64,000 nucleotides of DNA from Narcine bancroftii (taxonomy: Eukaryota), in NCBI RefSeq assembly GCF_036971445.1, contig NC_091471.1, positions 350,052,001 through 350,116,000 on the forward strand. The letters run 5' to 3'. The first letter of the stretch is position 1. Each line of letters starts with the position of its first letter. Positions 12,830 through 26,165 of the stretch are shown in pieces. The notes under the pieces were generated by a model, which was not told the origin of the DNA, did no database searches, and saw only the letters and a list, made by a program, of their open reading frames with translations. A program made the position numbers and the translations under genes.

Positions 12830-15800
12830 TCCCCCTTTATTTTTGCTTCGATCAGTCAATGCTCAGAGTTACTTTCTCCTATTTTACTCATTTCGATTTG
12901 CACCCAAGCAATCTTTTTATCGGTCTGATAACAAGAAGACAAAAATTCAAGTTGAGCCACTTTATAATAATTTTTTAAATTAGGCAATCGAAGTCCCCTT
13001 GATTAAATCTCTACATTAATTTTTACAATGTCATCTGAGGCATTTTATCCCTCCAAATAAATCTTCTTACAATTTTATTAAAATCCTGAAAAAATATTAT
13101 TGGTACAAAAATTGGTAAAGATTGAAAAAGGTACTGTATTCTAGGAAAGATATTCATCTTCAAACAATTAACTCTTCCTATTAAAGAAATTGGCAAATCT
13201 TTCCATCTTAAGATATCATCTTTAATTTTCCTAAAAGGTATATAATTTAATTTAAACAAATTATTTAAATTCTATCAATATTAATTCCCAAATATTTAAT
13301 TACACCTGTCTGCCAATTAAATTTTGTCCTTTTAACTTTTTAATCAATATTCACTTTGTAACCTGATACTAACCCATACTTTGCCAATCATTTACTTTTC
13401 TTAATGAACGTTCATGGTTTGTAAAATATATTACATCATCTGCAAAAAGACTAATTTTATGTTCTTTATCATGCATCTTAAAGCCCTCAATCTCATTATC
13501 ACTTCTGATCACCTCAGCTAAAGGTTCCATAGTTAATGCAAATAAAAAAGGATAAAAAAAAGATCCTTGTCTAGATGATCTTTCCAACAAAAAGGATTTT
13601 GATATTTGTAATCACTTTAGCCTTTGGAGAATTATATAATGCTCTTATCCAATTTATAAAACTTGCCAGAATTCCAAAAACCTTCAGTACTTTAAATAAA
13701 CAGTCCCATTCTAATCTATCAAACACCTTTTCTGCATCTAAAGTTAAGGCCACTAATGGTATTTTTCTTTTCTGAGCCATATCTATTAGACTTAAAAATC
13801 TAACAATATTATCAGTTGATCATGTATTTTTAATAAAACCTGTTTGGTCCATATTAATCAATTTAGGCAAGCATTTAGCTAATCTATTATCTATTAATTT
13901 GGATAAAATGTTATAATCAGTATTCAATAATGAAATTGGTCTATAAGAAGATGGAAGCAAAGGATACTCTTTTTTTGGAATAACTGTTATTAACAACAGT
14001 TTTAAATGACTCAGGTAAGTCGCAAAGATCCTCTATTTGATCTAACAATCCCATAATTATCAGAATTAATAACTCTAAAACATCGTCCCCTGGAGCCTTA
14101 TTATTTGGTAAGGACATCAATATATCATATAATTCAGTAGCTGTAAATGGATTTATTAATTCTGTCTTCTCTTCTATGCTTAATTGTGATAAAGTAATTT
14201 TGGACAAATATTCATCTATTTTATCCCCATCTTTCGAAGATTCTGATTTATATAATTTCTTATAAAATTTCATAAACACATCATTAATCTGTTTTATAAG
14301 ATGACTCAAATCTTATTTTACAGGTACTATTGTTTTCAATATTTGTTCATTTTTCAATTGCCAAGCTAAAACTTTATGTGCTCTATCTCCCAATTCGTAA
14401 TTCTTTTGTTGGGTCCGTCTTATCCCTCTCTACTCTATATGTTTGTATTGTATTAAGCTTCAATTTCTTTAAATCCAACATTTTCCTTTGTTCATCATTC
14501 CCTCAATTTTGCAATTCTTTTTCCATCTTTATTATTTCCTTTTCCAAAGAATTAACGTCAAACATATATTCTTTTTAAACCTTAGCTGTATAACTTAAAT
14601 AAGCCATCAAAAAATCCCATACCACAAACTTATTAGTTATAGAATGTTCATTGAGGACCAATAAAAATTTTTTTGTTGCCTTATAAAATCACAAAAATCT
14701 TTTCAATAATGCTGCATTAAACCATCTACAACCTATATTTTGCTCCTCCTCCAATAAAACTGTCATAACTAAAGGTAAATGGTCAGACCATATCTTCACC
14801 TGATATTCAACTGAAGTTGAGAGGTGATTAAAAACATATCTATATGGGAATATGTCTTATGCCTATAAGAATAAAATGAATAATCCCTAGTATCAGGATG
14901 CATCTTCCTCCGACTATCCACAAGTTTAATTTCATTCATAAAGTTTTTCACATCCTTTGTCACCCTATTTTTAAACCACAATTCCTCCTAATCTATCCAA
15001 CTTGGAATCAAAGGTAAAATTAAAGTCTCCTCCCATAATTATTTTCCCTTTTGCATTAACTAACTGCATAAAAACATCTTGTATAAATTTTCCATTATCT
15101 ACATTTGGTGCATATATATTCAAGGTCCAACATTCCGAATATATTTTACAATTTATCACCACATACCTCCCCACTTTATCAGTCATTACATCCAATATTT
15201 CAATTGGTAAACTTTTATTTATTAATATTGCAACTCCTCTAGCTTTAGAATTAAATGAAGAGAATAGCTCCCCTACCCAATCTTTCTTTAATTTCGTATG
15301 CTCTATTTCTGTTAAACGAGTTTCCTGTATAAAAGCCACATCGACTTTAGTTTTTTCATATAATTCAATAACCTTTTTCTCTTTATCGGATTCTAAATTT
15401 CATTAATATTAATAAATGACAATTTCCCTGCCATTAGACATCCAAATTAAAACTTGTATCCCTCCAACGTACCCCTCCATCTCCACAACCAACCCAACAC
15501 TCTCCATATATCTTGCATAAACTGTCCAGGCTAGAAACCAAAAAAAAAAAAACCCCAGAGGCGCGTGATGTGTCTCTATCACCCTGATCTGTACGGGATG
15601 TAAAACTAGTTGCATTAGTGCCCATGATAGAGCAATGGTCAGCATCACATTCCCCACTAACTCACTCACAACACCATACCATCCTTTACAATGTTTATCA
15701 ATAGACCTTTTAACCCATTAATCTTATCCAGTATATTAGATCACACCCAGTATAGGTTAAAGCTTCCTCCCCTTTTTAACCCTCTCAAAACATAATATAT

Positions 15801-17075
15801 TTTCAGTTACAGCAAAACCTATCAGTTATATAATAAATTCAAGTTCTACAATCATCTGCTGATCTTTAGCAGGCAATGAATCGATATATACCTTTACTTC
15901 ATTAAGCTCAGTAAAAAATCTATTTCTTCCTCCCAGGACGAATACTTTCAGAACAGTTGGATATCTCAAAACAAAGGTATAGCCTATTTTTCACAATACA
16001 TCTTTAACCGGATTAAACTCCTTTCTCTTTTTCAACAAATCAAAACTTATATCTGGATTAAAAAAATCTTATTTCCATTATAAATCAAAGGTGATTTTCT
16101 CTCTTTAGCTTGTTTTGCTGTGAGCTCCACTATCTTCTCTTACTTCATATCAAAGGAATCTGACAAGTATTAGATGAGACCTTTGGTCAGGCTGCGGTTT
16201 AGGTCTCAGTGCCCTATGGGTAACTATGGGCCATTCCATCTCCAAATCCCCTTGAAATGCAGCCTGACCCAAAAATTCCAGTATCCACCATTGCAGAAAT
16301 TTCTTTAAGTCTTGACCCTCGTCCCTTTCTTTAAGTCCAACAATCTTGATATTATTCCATCTTCTGAAATTTTCCAAAATGTCTATTTTTTGCATGAACT
16401 GATCATGCTTTACAGCTGCTTCTGCTTGTATTTTCTTCATTTGATCTTTCAGATTTTGAATCTCCAATTCATTCCCTTTAATTTTTCCATCCACTATTTC
16501 AAATCTAGTGTCCACCTGTTGCATTAATCTTTCCATCTTATCACCATTCTTCCATACTTCATCAGTTAACACTTCCATAGACTGTCGAAAAAAATCTAAC
16601 ATTTGCTTTAATTCACCAGAAGATAAAGAAGCTTCTGCACCTTTTTTCTTGATTGTAGGTCATTCTTGTTCTTTGTTTTTCCAGGTCTTCTTCTTGATCA
16701 CTAGAGCTGTGAGTGTCTAGAATCTTTTTTTAAATTTCCATTTTTTTTTGTGCTCTGCACATGCGCAGTTACTTCTTCACCCAATGTCAGTGGCTATTGT
16801 CAGGCGAGACCTTGTGCAGCAGTGTCCAAGGTCTCCCTGGCTTCTGGCCTCTCTCCTTTGGATACTACCTTTCTTCCTTTTCCTGCTCATTTTCTTGTAC
16901 AGTAGCGAATCCTTTGTCCTTCTTTGGTGGCATTGTTAATATCTTCTATATGTCTTCAGACAACTTACATGTATTTTCTGCAACTTTAATCTTTTTTGTC
17001 ACTTTTTCCTCAACTTTTTCGAAGAGAGCAGGGATTATCAGTCTAACCCCACATCATCACATGGCACGCCCCTCT
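12830..17075 (-). mobile_element. L1 element with 5' end, ORF1, APE endonuclease and RT (frameshifted, 3'-truncated)
   Basis: Endonuclease motifs AFIQET, NIYAPN, MGGDFN and HIDMFL; RT motifs LDAEKVFDRLEW and ISLFADDV; ORF1 at 15850-16900. Confidence 0.92.
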
Positions 17076-18589
17076 TGAATGGTTTCTTGCACATATTAGG
17101 AGCTACGTGGCTACATGTCACAGAATCACTGAAAAATTTTAATACACAAGAGCATTTTGCCCATCGAACCGAAATCCTGAAACTCTCCTTCTCACTCCTG
17201 GCCTGTGGTGAGGGTTCATGAATGCATCATTTGTTCAGGCCTCCTACAACACTCCACTCATAATGAAAATGTCTTTACCCTTCCTTTCATTCTTACTCCA
17301 GCTACTTTAAATCCACAGCCATTGATCCTTCTACTGGAAATATAATTTTTTAAAAAATTTAGACATACAGCATGGTAACAGGCCTTTTCAGCCCACAAAC
17401 CCATGCCTCCCAATTACATCCAAATGGCTTATAACCCCTGGTATGAACTGAACACCTGGTCCTGATCACTGGTGCTGTATCAGCATTGCTCTAACCACTA
17501 CGCCAACCGTACCATCCTGCAATGTGCATAGACTGTTGCATTGTACAACCACCAGATCTCAAAGCAAAGAAATAGATCCTTCTTACTTTTCCAAGACTCC
17601 TCATAATTTTCTACACCTCATTCAAGCCTCCCTCAGTCTGCTCTGTTCCATAGAAAATAACAACCTAATTTCAGTTCTCACAAATTTTCTCTGCACCTTT
17701 GAGAGTTCAGTCATGCCTCCCGTAATGTGAGCCGAACCTAAGCTGTGGTTTAACTGTTACCAAAACCGTTGCAGTGTTACACCCTTCTTTTATGTTCTGT
17801 GCTAGGGTCAATAAATATGCTACATCCATTCTTAACTTGACTCGTATAGCCCATTTAATATTTAATATCCTTGTTCAATGAGGACAGTTGCAAAGTAATC
17901 AATGGACCATCTGATTGGAAATAAGGCGTTGATAGAATAGACATCCAGAACCTTTTTCCCTGCGTAAAAATGTCAAGTACTAGAAAATATGCATTTAAGG
18001 CAATGGTTCTCAACCTTTTCCAGTCTAAGGCCCACCTGGCTTCCAGCCTAACATGCCATGGCCCACTAGTGGCAATGACTGAGCAATATTTTCAAGTCAA
18101 AGGCAGGGTTTCCTTGGGTTGTACTTGTGCAATCAGATGAGAATAAACCTGTCACATCCTATCTAGTCAATTAAGTATTTTTGAAGTGTACACATGTTGA
18201 AACATCAGTAACATCTTGGCCAATTTGTGTATAGCAAGCTCCCACAAATAGTAAGAATGATCAGATGATCTATTTTAATAAAGTTGTGTGAGGATAGTTA
18301 TGGACCAGGACATGGGTGCATCTCCCTTTCCTCTTGATTGAGATCTTTTACTACTTGTCAAGCACACGGATGTGGTCTTGTTTTAACATTTTTGTCCAAA
18401 AGTCAACAGCTCCAATAATGTTGCCCTTGGTTCCTCACTAGGAGAGTCAGTCTACTGCCATCTGCTCAAGTGTCTGAAGTGGGTCTTGAACCTGTAACCT
18501 TCTGATTCAAGAAACACATCTATCTAATTTAAAGTATTTTATTTAACATTTTTAATGACCCACATGGAAACAAGTTGTGGCCCTCTGGA

Positions 18590-20050
18590 TGAGAACCACC
18601 AATAACCCTTCCTTTCTTCACACCCATGACCTTTATTTTTCTTCCATCCATGTGCCTGTCTAAGTATTTTAAATGTCCCTAATGTACCAGCCTCCACCAC
18701 CACCACCCCGGCAATGTATTCTAGGCTCCCACTACTTTGTGTGTAAAAAAACTTACCCCTGATACATCTCCTCTTTTCTCCCCTCACTTTATACAGATGT
18801 TCTCTGATATTTGCTGGGAAAAAGATGTTAGCTGTCTACTCTATCTGTCTATCATAATCTTGTAGATCTCTAATAAGTCACCTCTCAATCTTTTTCACTC
18901 CAAAGAGAAAAATCCAAGTTAACCTTACCTCACAAGACTCCCTCTCCAATCCAGGCAGCATCCTGGTAAATTTCCTCTGCACCCTCTCCAAAGCTTCCAC
19001 ATCTTTCCTGCAATGAGGTGACCACAACTGATCCAGAGCTTTATAGAGCTGCAACATTACCACCAGCTCTCTCCTCAATAGGTAATCATCATGGGGCACT
19101 ACCTTCCAATGACGAATGGACAAGAAAACCCATTACATCACTTTTTGATGGTCAAATAAGCCTTTTCTCTCATGATCTGTATTCACTCAAGAGTAAGATA
19201 GTGGAACCCAAGTCCTTGAGTTAATTCATCTGTGCCAACCAAATTGTCTACTCAAGCCAGTCCCATTCGCCTATGCTTGGTCCATATCCCTCAAAATCAT
19301 TCTTGTCCATGTAGCAATCTAAATAATGTTATAACTGTACCCCACCCCAGCTCGTCCCATGCACCCACCACCTTCTGGGTGAGAAAGTCACGTTACAAGT
19401 ACAACCCCACAAAACAGTGTTCTCTGGTCCTCAGTACAAAACACTCAGACATACAACCAGACATAATTCACATACAGACAAACAGTACATAGGCAGGACA
19501 AGTATTTCATCTCTACAAATAAATATTATTTCATGAATATGAGAGTCTCGGTGGTTAGTGTGAGCAGTTCCTTTGGTCGTTCAGCATTCTCACTGACCGT
19601 GGGAAGTTGTTCCTCAGCCTGGTGGTGCTGGCTGTATCTCTTTCCTGATGGGACCAGCTGAAAGATGTGGTTTGTAGAGTGGAGGGGATTCTCAATGATT
19701 TTAAGCAATGGGTGGGGCTGGGTGACCCTCAGGTCTCATTTTAAACCTACATATTTTGGTTTTTGAATCCCCTACCCTCCCTGGGGAAAAAAAAACAATG
19801 CTATCTGGGACCTCAAGAATTTATAAACCTCTGAAAGGTCCCCCATCTGCCTCCTATATTCCAGGGAAAAAAAGTTTCAACCTATCCGGCGTTTCCTTAT
19901 AACTCAAACTCTCCCGGCAACATCCTGGTGAATCTTTCCTGCACATTTTCCAGCCTTAAGGGATATTTCCTATAATTGGGAGCAGGAACTGCCCACAGTA
20001 TTCCAGATGTGATCTCACCAACATCTTACAGTTGTAACACAATATTTCCA
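18590..20050 (-). mobile_element. Stacked CR1 and L2-like LINE 3' fragments
   Basis: 'DVEALERVQRKFTRMLPGL', 'LVRSHLEYCGQF' and 'HIFQLVPSGKRY' motifs with typical 3' tails. Confidence 0.75.
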
Positions 20051-20109
20051 GCAACTGCAGTCTCTCTTGTTTATGTCCCAACTCTTGATTGCCCTGACAT
20101 GGCAAGAAA

Positions 20110-21220
20110 TTAATGAATGTAGGGGGTAAAAAAAGGGATATCAATAAAAGCACAACTGTGTAAAAATGTGTCATTGCCTATGAACATAGGCAATAGAATA
20201 TTAAATTCATGGTATGACAAAGGTATGATATATTAAAGACTATTATATGGAAGGAACTTTTATGTCCTTTCAACAATTAAAACACAAATACGGAGTGGCC
20301 AATGGGACCACCTTCTGTTTTCTCCAGCTTAGATCGTTCTTGAGAGAAAGACGGGGGCCATCGTTGACCCCACCTGAAATTAGAGAAACTGAATGAATGG
20401 TCTGGATGGGGAATACACCCAAATTCATAACAGAAATGTACTATGTACTAGAGTGAAAGTGCAAAACAAGGGTTACAGAAATAAAGGGAAAGATGGGAGT
20501 TTCAGAAAGAAGCTGGTCAGATTGGTGTAAAGACAGCTTGACGTCAATTATAAATGCAAGATATGGACTGGTAGAGTATAATTTTTTTTTTTTTTTTTTA
20601 CACCAATTATATCTTACCCCATAAAAGTTACACAGATCAAACGCCAAAATTTCAGTGATGTATTTCAGATGTGGGACTGAGACAGGAACTTTTCTACATG
20701 CCACGTGGTTGTGCGTGAAAGTGAGACCATTTTGGCAAGAAATTGCAGAAAAATTTAACAGGATTGGCCTTCATGGACGACCTGGACCTATATCGATCAG
20801 GTAATTTCATGGATATAAGTGACAAATTGACAAAATATCAAATCTCATTTTTAAAATTAGCAGTGGTGGTGGCAAAAAAAGTTTATCGTGATCACTTGGA
20901 AGTCTAATTCCCCTCTATTCAATTAACAGCTTTGTTAACTTTTGTAAAGGTCTGGCAGCCATTCCTGGTCCACATAGAGGCCCAGATACAGTAAATAAAA
21001 AGGAACAAAAAAGGTTATATGTACAAAAATGTAGTTTCCCCAACTGTACTCTATATACTTAAAATATAAGCAAGCTCTGACGGTGAACAGATCTGTACTT
21101 ATGAAGGTGGATGGGGGCGGCAGGATTGTTTTGTTTTGCTTGTTGTATTTGTGGGAAAGTTTAATATATTGTATATTTAAAATGTCACTGTTTATATTTT
21201 TTGAAACAAAATCAAAAATA
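20110..21220 (+). mobile_element. L1 3' fragment (different subfamily)
   Basis: ORF2 CCHC region CFRCGTETGTFLHATWLC..VRPFWQE at about 20660-20740; C-terminal KVWQPF; 3'UTR. Confidence 0.8.
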
Positions 21221-24200
21221 TCTTTTTTTTTAATTTAGATGGTTTGAAGATCTGATTATATTTCATTTTGAAGACTGCACAAGCATAAACTCAAACTGAA
21301 ATATGCTAAATCTACTTTAAAATTAACTTTTTAGAAATATTCATCTGAAGTAACAATTTACTCAGCATTCTAAGTAGTAATCATGGCTTAGGACCCCATT
21401 GAAACATGCACAAACTTGCAAATAAATCAATGATCAAACAATTTTTCAGTGAAATTATTTTGTAAACAGCTTTTTTTTTAAACTCACTGATTTCCTTTAA
21501 TTTCAGTGGCAGAGGTGGGCAACAGCAGAACTTGTGATGGTATGTTGAATTACTGAACACCAGTATTATAAAGCATCAGTTATTCCAATTACACGATGCT
21601 CAGCTTGGGTTTTGCCAGTGAACCTTGCACGCATACAAGCAACACCCAAAATTCGCTGCTTTGCAGGATGAGATGACAAATGTTGACAACTTTATTGTAA
21701 TTGCAAACTACCAGGTAAGAGCTTGGTGGATGTGTCTCTGAGAGGCACCAATCACTTCTTAATGTGAGAAGAGTACCCTGAACCTCAACACAATTTTACC
21801 TATAGCTTATTACAGCTTCAGAGGCCATTCAGCCCAGCCTACCAATGCTGACATTTTAATTAGCTCATCCCCTTCCACTTTTTCTCTCATCCTTCAAATT
21901 ATTTGTGATCTGCTGCCATCACCTTTTCAAGTAAAGCATTCCAGGTCTCAACAGTTGAGATTAATTTTATACATGTTATTAATACATTAATATTTGGACT
22001 TCCACTTGTTTTTGATCTACTCACTGTGGGAAAGTTTTTCCCTCTCTATTCCATCAGTATCTTGCATCATCCAATAAATCTTCTGACCTTGCGGCCAAAA
22101 CTGGTGAGGATGTAACAAGTGTCAGTTTTCTCTGAGCATTTCGTAGTTTTTAAAAATCACTCACACTCAAGTTTCTGGATTCCCTTTTCACTCATTGCTC
22201 TTTGTATTCACTAAAACCTGGAAGTTTCATGGTGCAATACACAAAGGTGCTGGAAAAATTCAGTTCAAGCAGCATCCATAGAAAGTAAAAGGCAGTCTTT
22301 TCAGGCCTGGCCCTTCATCATGAATATTAAAAATCAGGCAGACAGCCAAATAGGGAGAGGGAAGGGAACATAGGATAACAAGTGAAATGTAATAGTTGGA
22401 TTCAGGTAGGAGGGTAGAAGAGAAAAGCTGAGAAATGATGGGGGGCGGGGGGGGGGGGGGGGGGGAGAAAAGAGGGCAAAGATAGATCTCTGATAAAAGG
22501 AACTCCCATTTTTAAGAAGGGCTTAAAATAATATCAGACAAAAGGGACTAGCCCCGAATATCAACTAGATGAGTTGGATCAAAGTGCTTTTTTCCATTCA
22601 GTGCAACTTAATAACCTTTACGGGTCCCAGTTTAGTGACACCCTGATTTTAAACATTTGTTTTCAATCCCACCATGGTCTTTTTTGTCCATTTTCTGTTA
22701 TATCACTCATCCCTTAAATATCTGCACCCCTCTAATGTTGCCCCTTTATCACTCCAAATATAATTGCTCAATTGTCAGCTCTGATTTTTGCTCCCACGGT
22801 CCTTCCCTCAATCTCTCTCATCATTCTCAACTCACTGAGTTCCTCCAGTGGTCTGTGCTGCTCCAGGTTCCAGCATCTTGGCAATTGCACATCTATTACA
22901 GGATGAAAATGATACAGCATTTAAAATAAAATGAACAGTGTTACAGGGATCAGTTAATGCCTATAGCATTCCTGTCACCAAAAACTAGCAGTCATTAAAG
23001 TATTTTTTATTTACATAACCAGGCAGCACCAATAGAAATTAACCCAGTGTTATATTTAAAAGAGTATTTTTAATGAATAATTAACAATACCTTATCTAAT
23101 TTAGCCAAACTCATCATCTTAACCGTGTATGTGCATATGTGGCTTGAAATTGATAAAGTTTACAAAGTAGGTGGGAGTGACCAGTGAGACACTGTTTATA
23201 AACTCACAAAATCCTTGTCAAGGTGCTTAGTGAAATGTCCTTTCCAGATGAATGGCAATCAAAACTCCCCTTTTATTTGCATTGGGGACAAAAAAAAACC
23301 AAGTGATTCTCACAAATTTTCCACATCCCTTTCATGGGCCAGTGTTCAAAGTGACCTTCCCTTTTGGTCACAGAGTGGTATAGTCATTCCTCTAGAATGC
23401 AGAGAAATCAGACAGATTGTCTATTACCACACAAGGCCCTTCAGCACAGTTCCCCTTCAAAGGATGCTTCTCCAAGTGCTGTCTCCTTAAGGTGGCCCCT
23501 ACTCATTCCCCTATAACATGGAAAAATCAAATTGTCAATCACAAGGCCGCTTCAGCACAGTATTACTTCCAAGTATTGTTGTTCCTGTGCTGTCTCCTTA
23601 AAATGGCTCCTGAGCAAATAGTGCACTGCGTCTTCAACACGCTGGTCACATGCTCTTCACAGCTGTGCCTCCAGGCTCTCCATTTCTCTTCAGAAGTATC
23701 CAATTGGAGTACAGCTGTCCTTGTCTGTCAGCTCAGTCTCCAGAACCTGCAGGTTGATTTGTTCTTAGTGACAGTCCTGCTCAAATGAAAATGAACCGAA
23801 AATGGGAGCATGTAATAGATACAAAATTTAGGTTCACCCATCTTTGGAAATTTAATGTAGATTTGTTGAGAAACAATTAATTGCAAAATACACAATTCTT
23901 GAAAAAAGGTCCATCCTCACTAATCCAGCCTATTGCTCAGAGTAGAGAACTTAAAAACATTTACCAGCCAAAACTTAAACATGTTTGGGTTAACACTACT
24001 AACAGATTTGTTTCCAAAGTTATGAACACTCAAGTTATAATGTAGCATCATGTGAAAACAGTGTACTCTCAACATGAGCAATACGAGATGACATACAAAA
24101 TTACAAACTATCTCAACCAGAACATCACCTTGTGCATCAATACCTAAATCAATCGTTTTCCTAAAAAAATTAAAATTGCTGTGTGGAAATCCTCAGTGAG

Positions 24201-24999
24201 GACTTCATTCATTATCTTCATTGAATTTTCTCAATATGCCAATTCCCTTTTCTGGACTCCAGATAATTCTTGCACGAACCATGGTTGCTGTCCACTCCTG
24301 CACAGTATGTATAAAAATTTCATCAGTCTTCCCAGCTCCAACTTACTGAGGGTGGACAACTAAAGAAATGTTTCCTTAACAAGTTTGATACAATTGGTGA
24401 GTATTTTTAAAACTACTCTGTTTCAAATTTTATCAAATAAAAAATTGAAAAGCTATAATGTGAGATTAGCTCAAAGGTTTTTTTTTAAATGATTCCCAGA
24501 AACCAGTCTTGGGATGGAATTTCAGAGGTTAGAAAATGACCAACAAACAGCAGGACCATATGTTTTGCGACTCATTTCAACTAGGAACCAGAATTGGGAG
24601 AACAGGAATATGGTTGAGTTTAACAGCTGGCAGATACTAAAGGGAGAGACTGGGGTGGAAATGATGAGTTGCTTTGCTTAACTAAGAGTCAGTTATGGGC
24701 AGCAGTTAGCGTGGCGGTTAGCATGCCTTTATAGCGCCAGCAGTCAAAACCAGGATTCAAATCTCACGCTGTCTGTAAGGAGTTTGTATGTTCTGTGTCT
24801 GCATGGGTTTTTACCCTTACCCAGGGCTCTAGTTTTATCCCACCGTTCAAAACTTATCAGGAGTGTAGATTGATTGGGTGCAAATTAGGCAGCACAGACT
24901 CTTGGGTTGAAATGGCCTGTTAAATTTATAAAGGAAAATGGGTGAAAGGGACAAATTAAGGGAGTAGTGTTTTTTTCTAGCCCCAAGCTCACAAGTAGG

Positions 25000-25555
25000 G
25001 CAAAGGCAACCAGAAGTGCAGTGGAAATAGCCTTTTAGGCAAAGCAATGGACAAAAATAGAGATGTCAGTAAATTTGCAGATGATACAAAGGTTGGAGGT
25101 GTTGTGAATAGCGCTGAAGGTTGTCGTAGGTTATAGAACCATAAAACATTACAGCACAGAAACAAGCTTTCAGCCCTTCTAGTCTGTGCCCACCCATTTT
25201 CATGCCTAGTCCCGCATCCAGTCCATATCCCTCCCATCCATGTACCTGTCCAAATTCTTAAATGTTAAAATTGAGCCCACATTCACTTCAGCTGGCAGCT
25301 CATTCCATGCTCCACCATCTCTGAAGCACTCCCTCATATTCCCACTAAACTTTTAGCCTTTCACCCATGTCTCTGGTTTGTCTCATCTCCTCAGTGGAAA
25401 AAGCCTACCTACATTTTCTCAGTCTATACCCCTCAATTTTAAACACCTCTATCAAATCTCCCCCCTGCCCTCATTCTTCTACACTCCAGGGAATAAAGTC
25501 CTAACCTGTTTAACCTTTCCCTGTAACTCAGTTCCTGAAGTCTGGGCAACATCTC
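25000..25555. mobile_element. CR1 fragments, both orientations
   Basis: 'VSKFADDTKVGG' (plus strand) and CR1 3' tail 'tacagcacagaaaca...cccttc' (minus strand). Confidence 0.7.
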
Positions 25556-26165
25556 TGCTGTTCATTGAAAGCAACTGGAAAATATGCTGGTCAGGCTCAT
25601 GGGTGTGTGGCCTCATTCCAATAGAAAGAATGCCATTGAACATTTTACCCACAAGATTTAAAAAAAAGGAATGCCAGGATCAAGATCAACCAAGTCAAAG
25701 GTTTGATTGCCCAATTTCACAAAATTTTAAGGAAGATGGAATCTGTGGCTGGAGAAGTGGTTGGTTTCCAGTCTTTCATCAAAAAACATCAGCTCATCCA
25801 CTTCTTTAACTGAGATCCTGACAATTTAAAAGGTGAAGCTCTGAGGCCTCTGCATGGTGATAAAAAGATACAGAGAGAGATTCCTGAGGATCCCATAGTT
25901 AACTGGTATTGGCATCAGAAGGGGAACGAATGCACCTCCCGAGTTTGATACCTACCTCTTCAAGTCTTGAGCCTCCACATTTTTGCCGTCAAGGACTGCA
26001 TGATAATCTTGGGATTTTCCTAAAGGAACATAGCTGTATAGATGGAAGTAATTTTTTGATGTACTTGTCGAATACAATTGTGGAGGAGAAAGATTCAAAT
26101 TGCACTCACAGATGCAAGTTACCTTGCTTGGAACTTGCAAGTCAGGCAGCACCCAGGGATTGAAA
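25556..26165 (+). mobile_element. Old Tx1-like LINE 3' fragment
   Basis: Decayed segment 'WRRKIQIALTDASYLAWNLQVRQH' resembles the C-terminus of the Tx1-like copy at 42310-44450; followed by a Penelope-type terminus. Confidence 0.4.

Noticed and set aside
20110-21220. Idea that this is the displaced 3' end of the L1 at 12830-17075
   Set aside because: Its ORF2 C-terminus (KVWQPF) and 3'UTR differ from those of the sister copy at 3690-3978 (KIWKSY), so it is a different subfamily.
22440-22466. Long G/C homopolymers (also about 32495, 37575, 45860, 53627) as G-quadruplex elements
   Set aside because: Simple runs, several TE-associated, with uncertain assembled length; no specific evidence of function.
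23417-23607. Hairpin pair as H/ACA snoRNA, pre-miRNA, SECIS or NXF1-binding CTE
   Set aside because: H and ACA boxes are not correctly placed; stems are too short for a pre-miRNA; there is no SECIS quartet; similarity to the CTE loop (AGACAG) is only a few bases.
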